A stretch of 59,775 bases of DNA. Source: Myxococcota bacterium (GTDB lineage: Bacteria > Myxococcota > Myxococcia > Myxococcales > Myxococcaceae). Shown here piece after piece: positions 58,101 to 59,775 of the stretch. The notes below the pieces were generated by a model. The model made no database searches, was not told the origin of the DNA, and was given only the letters and a program-made list of their open reading frames with translations. Each line of letters starts with the position of its first letter. Position 1 is the first letter of the stretch. Where the stretch lies: NCBI GenBank assembly GCA_046732375.1, contig JBKPMY010000208.1, positions 1 through 59,775 of the forward strand, read 5' to 3'. The translations under genes were made by a program, and so were the position numbers.

Positions 58101-58578
58101 TGGCGTCGGCGTCCTCGGCGGCGCGCCGGGCGGCGGTGCGGAGGTTGGGGTCGGCCGGCGAGAGGCGCAGCGCGCGGGACAGCGCGGCGAAGGCGAGCTC
58201 GGGCTGGCGGAGGTGGTGGAGGTGGACGTGCGCCGCCTGCTGCAGCGCGAGCACCCGCTCGAGCTGGTCCTGGGTCATCTCGGCGACGAGGTCCAGGGCG
58301 GCGACGAGCTTCCGGTGTTCCTTCACCGCCTCGTAGGCGGGGATGAGGGCGCGGGCCGCCTCGGCGCGAACCGAGTCATCCTTGAGCATTGCCTCCAGCG
58401 CCGCGAGCGCCTCGGCGTCGTTCGGCTTTTTGTGCAGGACGGCGGAGTACGCCTTGACGGAATCGGCACCGGTCCCCAAACGCGCGGCCTCCCCTGTCGG
58501 GATGTCCTTCGTGGTGCTCCGGAGGGGTGCCACGGACCGCGTCGCCCCCGCTCCAGCCAGCCGGTGGAAGCGTACCAA
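49195..58578 (-). CDS. gltI: giant cytoplasmic TPR-repeat protein (3,127 aa), GltI/AgmK-like
   Basis: A single open frame of 9.4 kb with no signal peptide. TPR-type repeats run end to end, e.g. AIDAYKEALALRRG, AIRAYEELARREPRN, AVDAYREALGLDPRNAEALGALERLY, MQWYEEAIKLDPELADAALPL, HFEKALAIDPGHEPSLRALIQL and AVEAFNAALDLDPLFIEAF. It lies directly upstream of the GltJ-like gene. Start is uncertain: the track gives TTG 58578; GTG 58533 and TTG 58479 are in frame, the latter 8 nt after GGGGAGG. Confidence 0.9.
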   Translation of the reverse strand: MVRFHRLAGAGATRSVAPLRSTTKDIPTGEAARLGTGADSVKAYSAVLHKKPNDAEALAALEAMLKDDSVRAEAARALIPAYEAVKEHRKLVAALDLVAEMTQDQLERVLALQQAAHVHLHHLRQPELAFAALSRALRLSPADPNLRTAARRAAEDADAMDGFANVLKELVSRGDLESGARVALHRDLADVQERKLDDRRGAIAQLESVLVIDPGNVDALRGLQRLLRATEDWRRLVSVLDSLATAVPDPAEKIALWREMALLREGKLEDREAAASAWRRVSEADPLNREAVSALDRLYTALGKFENLAFALELRRAQEGQSPQGREATFRLAQLRREKLQDFGGALQLLAQVLSEDPGHTPTLDLLDAWARSHDQESRSALETLDPFLARSGQHARRVAIREARIADALTDEKTRLTQEIRSIQERDMGQPGRAFVSAGQAFAQNVDRAAAKADLERLARVTGSYEELASTYEKVAAATKGADPDKVSWLRRAAELREHLAQSDESIKDWQALLVEAPQDRQALDALGKLFEQTKNAKQLSDVTLRKAQLAADPHERRTLLLKAGEALETAGDDERAIDAYKEALALRRGIDGLEALDRLYARTKRFEEQADVLAQLAASTTAEVQKAHLLRRAQLLEREKALPAAIEGYSRLLAVAPTDPNAVSGLERLMELPDVRPDAARLLEPVYRSLNDVRHLVEVLEIRLAGAPHQDRLPLLEEISNLRETLGQKDLAFAARVRAFGEMPESEEAREQLERLAAETGAFEELATAYQDQLERGVTNATSTELWRRLAVLWSERLDRIDLAIRAYEELARREPRNMAVLESLARIHTRSGDARELASVMKRMVMAEPSPPKQIDLLFRLGTLAEETLADKQLAAQCYGEVLARKPDDDDAIKFLGKVLTESERWPELASLIVKEIQLAESTGRHEEMYDLMVRLGRLRLSRLRDPRGALDIFEDVLRRKQGHAGAIGALEEMARSDSPLRGEAAEALEPIFTSGGDHLRLVQMLESRASTEPVAQERAALLRKVAKLYAGPMQNADLAFVSASRALRELPDEEASLTLAVTLSERATHGGDELAGLLEEILPRASEDAARVAILRALAKAQEKLGNAAEAIDAWRRTLESVPSDAEAMGSLVRLYQAAGRAPELLEIYKRQLAITDDVAVRTALLFQIAGLQDSALHDTVGAMATLRRLLELKPDDAKALEKLDSLCEKQERWPELADVIGRRLALPGGDLDLDLRTRLAVVRETRLLDKHGSLELYGQVLAAQPKHPAALAQLEAWAQREPQNKPLVEVLLAAFRAAAEHVKLPALIELRVGVSADAFERKQLLVELAGLRETEKDPAGLFGALSRAFQEDPNDSALRGRLSKAADTTRTYPELAQLYEEELPRIAETKDAAAVLLELGGLYEHQLSNPARAIEVLERSRELDAAAGLPALTALSRLYGQAGRSDRLVQSLDELEKLTPDVTERVQILFRLGQVTQDELEDENRAADAFERLLALDKTHLPAARLLESIYERSGTPDRLFNVLRIQRDLTSGPERERILAKMVKVSAEGLADLEASIELYSELFKKNPKSDQAFGALEQALEKAGRWEDLRALLAGKIPQTAEPRELVRLNEKLGVVLYRHLGRGEEAIAPLRTALERDARNRKALETLRDIDEQLGRREELVAVLRRLIPLQENPEGVKGLRIRLAEVLGEMSRREEALDAARRSLEIEPHTVPDLDRVNKLFLGLRAFGDAVRTLELKAEVWQRMEEKEEVVSALCEIAEVWIGQAKKPEQAAPILERVLEFDAANRDAYERVLSLYSDAGDWRAYSQAVDRYLPNLVTDEDKIKALRELGRIREQKLGQKDAAFLALCRALQLDASDDSLREDVERLAQETGSYEELAAVYEQVADDLPRGPLAERLYLVLARVQDRNLDDPEEAEAALRKILEFDPTNASALDAMVQMFGRRGRDRELIVSLEHKIEAAPSIEARKTIFREISRIHLERLKDPDEAANALIRALELEPDVETLGDLAKLYRDQHLWGDLAATLARTRDLLPTSEERATLQNALASVQEKEIGDEEAAVDAYREALGLDPRNAEALGALERLYTRLDRPADMLAIYERQLELTEDYREKVKILFHSAAIWEDRYQNAANADACIDGVLALDPTNLQAIKALERLRRAQARWEDLVGVLERHIHLVTDAEEQADLMVEAGEVLRVNLHQTDKAADAFQAALGVFPGHTPALHALGMVYERSGNWPFALEMLHQEAEALGNDPRAVEVLHRMGKINEDMLMDVPSAKACYTQALHIDPEFLPALQALRGISENEQDWGTYEQMLVAEAQATSEASAKARAYLAVGRYHSERREDPDSAMQWYEEAIKLDPELADAALPLSGLYIARERWEPAEQMLDVVIRDLKSRFASDQDDALGRDLCRQVYRMGYVQEKLGRRDRALAAYEEAYQLDATYLPALEGYGNLLVQSGRHDQALKVFQTILIHHREDLTDLEIVELYWQIGEVHISLKQHDRAQNHFEKALAIDPGHEPSLRALIQLADGAGRWDRSAEYRQALVGVLDGEPKAEAALELGALARDRLKDLHTAIDAYAQALRLRPQSLEVMDALYVLYRETRQPGKAAEILEVMLGQSELQADAQRAKRVWFALGESLRDELRDTGRAVEAFNAALDLDPLFIEAFSAIEAMLGAAKEWKQLEENYARMIQRLPKTDETESARMALWRTLGDLYLQVLKQPESALMAYKVAAAGLPDDATVQETYAELLLASAGNEEPAIQALRKALAHSQNPKKVASQLAELAARRKDYDGAWLAAQVVAGVLGDPGAAEKEIITKLGPYAKKRETPRATLNDRVWAQYLLHPKVRTPFAELMGLLFQGAGQLSAVPLAQAQLVPKKHRIDVATAQEYQIHHYRAVARLLGLEAVELFSPFLIATRDKLAKRSMEPAPDPLLGVEIVHSHPVCLKVGGKFFGDPQAKDTHAQLGRTLALLRPELIFASRFAPERLAAVFQGAVLLCGFQMRWTVPGQVIDAERQALESVMTEPFRAALGRLVPEVLRRSEADPVKDYLEGAELTGVRCALFTAGDLEAVKKLVQGETGSSYRVAGKVKIRELMTFAVSEDLSALRMAVGTNVEVPARK

Positions 58579-58587
58579 AATCGCGGA

Positions 58588-58603
58588 GTTCCCAACCGTT
58601 CCC
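58588..58603 (-). promoter_or_regulatory. Two tandem GGGAAC (-35-like, ECF-type) motifs in the sigma-to-gltI gap
   Basis: The + strand reads gttcccaaccgttccc, so the reverse strand reads GGGAACGGTTGGGAAC. The 69-nt gap runs from the ECF sigma stop (58648) to the track start of the TPR gene (58578). I could not identify a convincing -10 element. Confidence 0.25.
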
Positions 58604-58647
58604 GAGAGGTGGGACGGTGTGGGCCCCGCGGGTGCGCGGTGGGGATT

Positions 58648-59307
58648 TCAGTGTCGTTCGGGCAGGCGCGCGAGGACGCCGGCAACGACGCGGTCGCAGC
58701 GCGGGGCCTCGAAGGGGTACAGCTCGGCCAGGGACGTGCCGGTGCGCTGCTCCAGGGCATCCCGGAGCATGGCCTTGGCCCTGGAGAGGCGCTGCTTCAC
58801 GTTGTCGGCGCTGAGGCCCAGCGCCTCGGCGACCTCGGCGGTCGACAGCTGCTGGATCTCCCGCAGGACGAGGACTGTGCGGTGCGACTCGGGCAGCTCG
58901 TCCACGAGCTGCTCCAGGAGGTGGTTCAGCTGGGCGCGGGCGAGGCCCTGCTCGGGGGTGGCATGCATGGAGGGCTCCTCCTCGAGCACCTCGGGAGCGG
59001 CGCGTGGCCAGCGACGGTCGCGACGGAGTCGCTGCAGCGCCTCGTTGACGCCGATTCTGAGAAGCCAGGTGGAGAAGCGCGCACCGTGGCTGAACTGCGC
59101 CAGCCGGGTGAAGGCCAAGAGATAGGTCTGCTGCATCAGCTCCTCGACCTCGACCTCGTCCCGCACGAGCGAGCGGATGGCCCGGTAGAGGCGCTGGTTG
59201 TTCCGCCGCATCAGCAGCTCGAAGGCCTGGACATCGCCGGCGAGCACCCGGTCGACGAGGGACTCGTCGGGGGTGCCCGGTTCCCGGAGTGCGAGTGGGT
59301 CGGGCAT
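58648..59307 (-). CDS. ECF-type RNA polymerase sigma-70 family factor with a short C-terminal extension
   Basis: MPDPLALREPGTPDESLVDRVLAGDVQAFELLMRRNNQRLYRAIRSLV...FSTWLLRIGVNEALQRLRR is region 2. ESHRTVLVLREIQQLSTAEVAEALGLSADNVKQRLSRAKAMLR is region 4. About 31 extra residues follow, ...LYPFEAPRCDRVVAGVLARLPERH. The track start, GTG 59364, adds 19 aa encoded by a duplicated segment. Confidence 0.85.
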   Translation of the reverse strand: MPDPLALREPGTPDESLVDRVLAGDVQAFELLMRRNNQRLYRAIRSLVRDEVEVEELMQQTYLLAFTRLAQFSHGARFSTWLLRIGVNEALQRLRRDRRWPRAAPEVLEEEPSMHATPEQGLARAQLNHLLEQLVDELPESHRTVLVLREIQQLSTAEVAEALGLSADNVKQRLSRAKAMLRDALEQRTGTSLAELYPFEAPRCDRVVAGVLARLPERH

Positions 59308-59339
59308 GCCCGGTTTCCGGAGTGGGAGTGGCTGGACGG
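59274..59339. repeat. Imperfect tandem duplication of a 33-nt unit spanning the ECF sigma start region
   Basis: Unit A (59274-59306) is tgcccggttcccggagtgcgagtgggtcgggca. Unit B (59307-59339) is tgcccggtttccggagtgggagtggctggacgg. By hand alignment 25 of 33 positions are identical. The units encode PLPLRKPGMP / DPLALREPGTP. Confidence 0.6.
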
Positions 59340-59367
59340 CCATGGCGTCATCCATCGGATGCACGGG

Positions 59368-59384
59368 TTGTCACCCGGTGACAA
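59368..59384. promoter_or_regulatory. Perfect 17-nt palindrome TTGTCAC-CCG-GTGACAA in the divergent intergenic region
   Basis: Read directly. It lies between the ECF sigma gene (-) and the membrane-protein gene starting at 59484 (+). Confidence 0.3.
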
Positions 59385-59483
59385 GTCCTGTCCGGGGGGG
59401 ATGGCGTTGTGTCACCTCCGTCCATCTCCTGCATCCATGGGCCGGCCAGGCACCTGTTCGGCCGATGACAGGAGAGACACGGC

Positions 59484-59775
59484 ATGACGATCGCACTCGT
59501 GCTGTTCGCGCTCGCCGCCCTCGGCGGGGTGGCCATGGCAACAATCCGTCTTCGCGGGGCCGAGCGACCGCCCACCGGCCTCGCGCTGGTGCACGGAGCG
59601 GCGGCGGCCGCGGGGCTCATCGCGCTCATCGTTGCGGTGATGAACATGGCGGATCCGGGACCGGCGCGGACCGCGCTGGTGGTGTTCATCGTCGCCGCCC
59701 TGGGCGGCTTCTTTCTGTTCGCGCAGCACGTGCAGAAGAAGGCGCTCCCCATTCCGGTCGTGGTCATCCACGGCC
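59484..59775 (+). CDS. small polytopic membrane protein (3' end outside the window)
   Basis: Not in the ORF track because it has no stop in the window. ATG 59484 lies 8 nt after AGGAGAG (59470-59476). MTIALVLFALAALGGVAMATIRLRGAERPPTGLALVHGAAAAAGLIALIVAVMNMADPGPARTALVVFIVAALGGFFLFAQHVQKKALPIPVVVIHG has three hydrophobic spans. Confidence 0.55.
   Translation, partial: MTIALVLFALAALGGVAMATIRLRGAERPPTGLALVHGAAAAAGLIALIVAVMNMADPGPARTALVVFIVAALGGFFLFAQHVQKKALPIPVVVIHG

Noticed and set aside
49195-58578. Periodic repetition in the 9-kb region as a possible CRISPR-like or satellite DNA array
   Set aside because: The periodicity is at the amino-acid level (34-residue TPR-like hairpins). I found no exact direct DNA repeats with unique spacers, and the region is one uninterrupted coding frame.
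49325-59487. Large ORFs overlapping the TPR gene (49144..50412 +, 49325..50959 -, 50842..54258 +, 54661..56190 +, 56446..59487 +) as possible overlapping genes
   Set aside because: Their composition is Arg/Gly/Leu/Glu-rich noise with no motifs. They are explained by codon-position GC bias of the 9.4-kb TPR gene. 56446..59487 would also run antisense through the ECF sigma gene.

Overview
The window is 59,775 nt and very GC-rich: about 70 % in spot hand counts of coding sequence. Almost every real gene is shadowed by long spurious ORFs in other frames. Calls below therefore rest on recognisable protein families, signal peptide or lipobox motifs, RBS spacing and start/stop coupling, not on ORF length. 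The gene content looks like a Myxococcota chromosome: a GltI/GltJ-type gliding-motility pair, a sigma-54 enhancer-binding protein, an ECF sigma factor and many Cys-lipobox lipoproteins. That taxonomic guess is inference.

Gene order, left to right:
- an edge-truncated AAA_16/LuxR-like regulator (-) that the ORF track misses
- a DUF4242 protein
- a 1,586-aa multidomain lipoprotein (LamG-Ig-FN3x3-GSDH propeller-PKD-LamG)
- a 10-gene urea module, urtABCDE-ureD-ureAB(fused)-ureC-ureF-ureG, with a candidate sigma-54 promoter
- a 55 % GC islet carrying one orphan ORF
- a GAF-AAA+-HTH (NifA-like) enhancer-binding protein
- an ABC-2 exporter, an MBL hydrolase, small lipoproteins, an FAD oxidoreductase and a TerB-like protein
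- a MacAB-type pump with its adaptor, and a ferritin-like protein
- an apparently frameshifted HupE/UreJ_2-like gene
- two tandem small membrane paralogues
- a Fet4-like iron permease, an MscS-like channel and two cation:proton antiporters
- an M3-like peptidase, a short CDF transporter and tRNA-Leu(UAA)
- a CheY-like receiver plus a pseudo-receiver, a lipoprotein and an OM barrel
- ffh
- a same-strand block: ECF sigma -> 3,127-aa TPR protein (GltI/AgmK-like) -> zinc-ribbon/GYF/TM/TonB_C-like protein (GltJ/AgmX-like) -> divergent RelA/SpoT-like nucleotidyltransferase

I saw no rRNA, CRISPR array, transposase, integrase or phage genes. The most unusual items are the ECF-GltI-GltJ-RSH-like block, the foreign-looking low-GC orphan, the surface GSDH/LamG lipoprotein and the possible sigma-54 wiring of the urea module.
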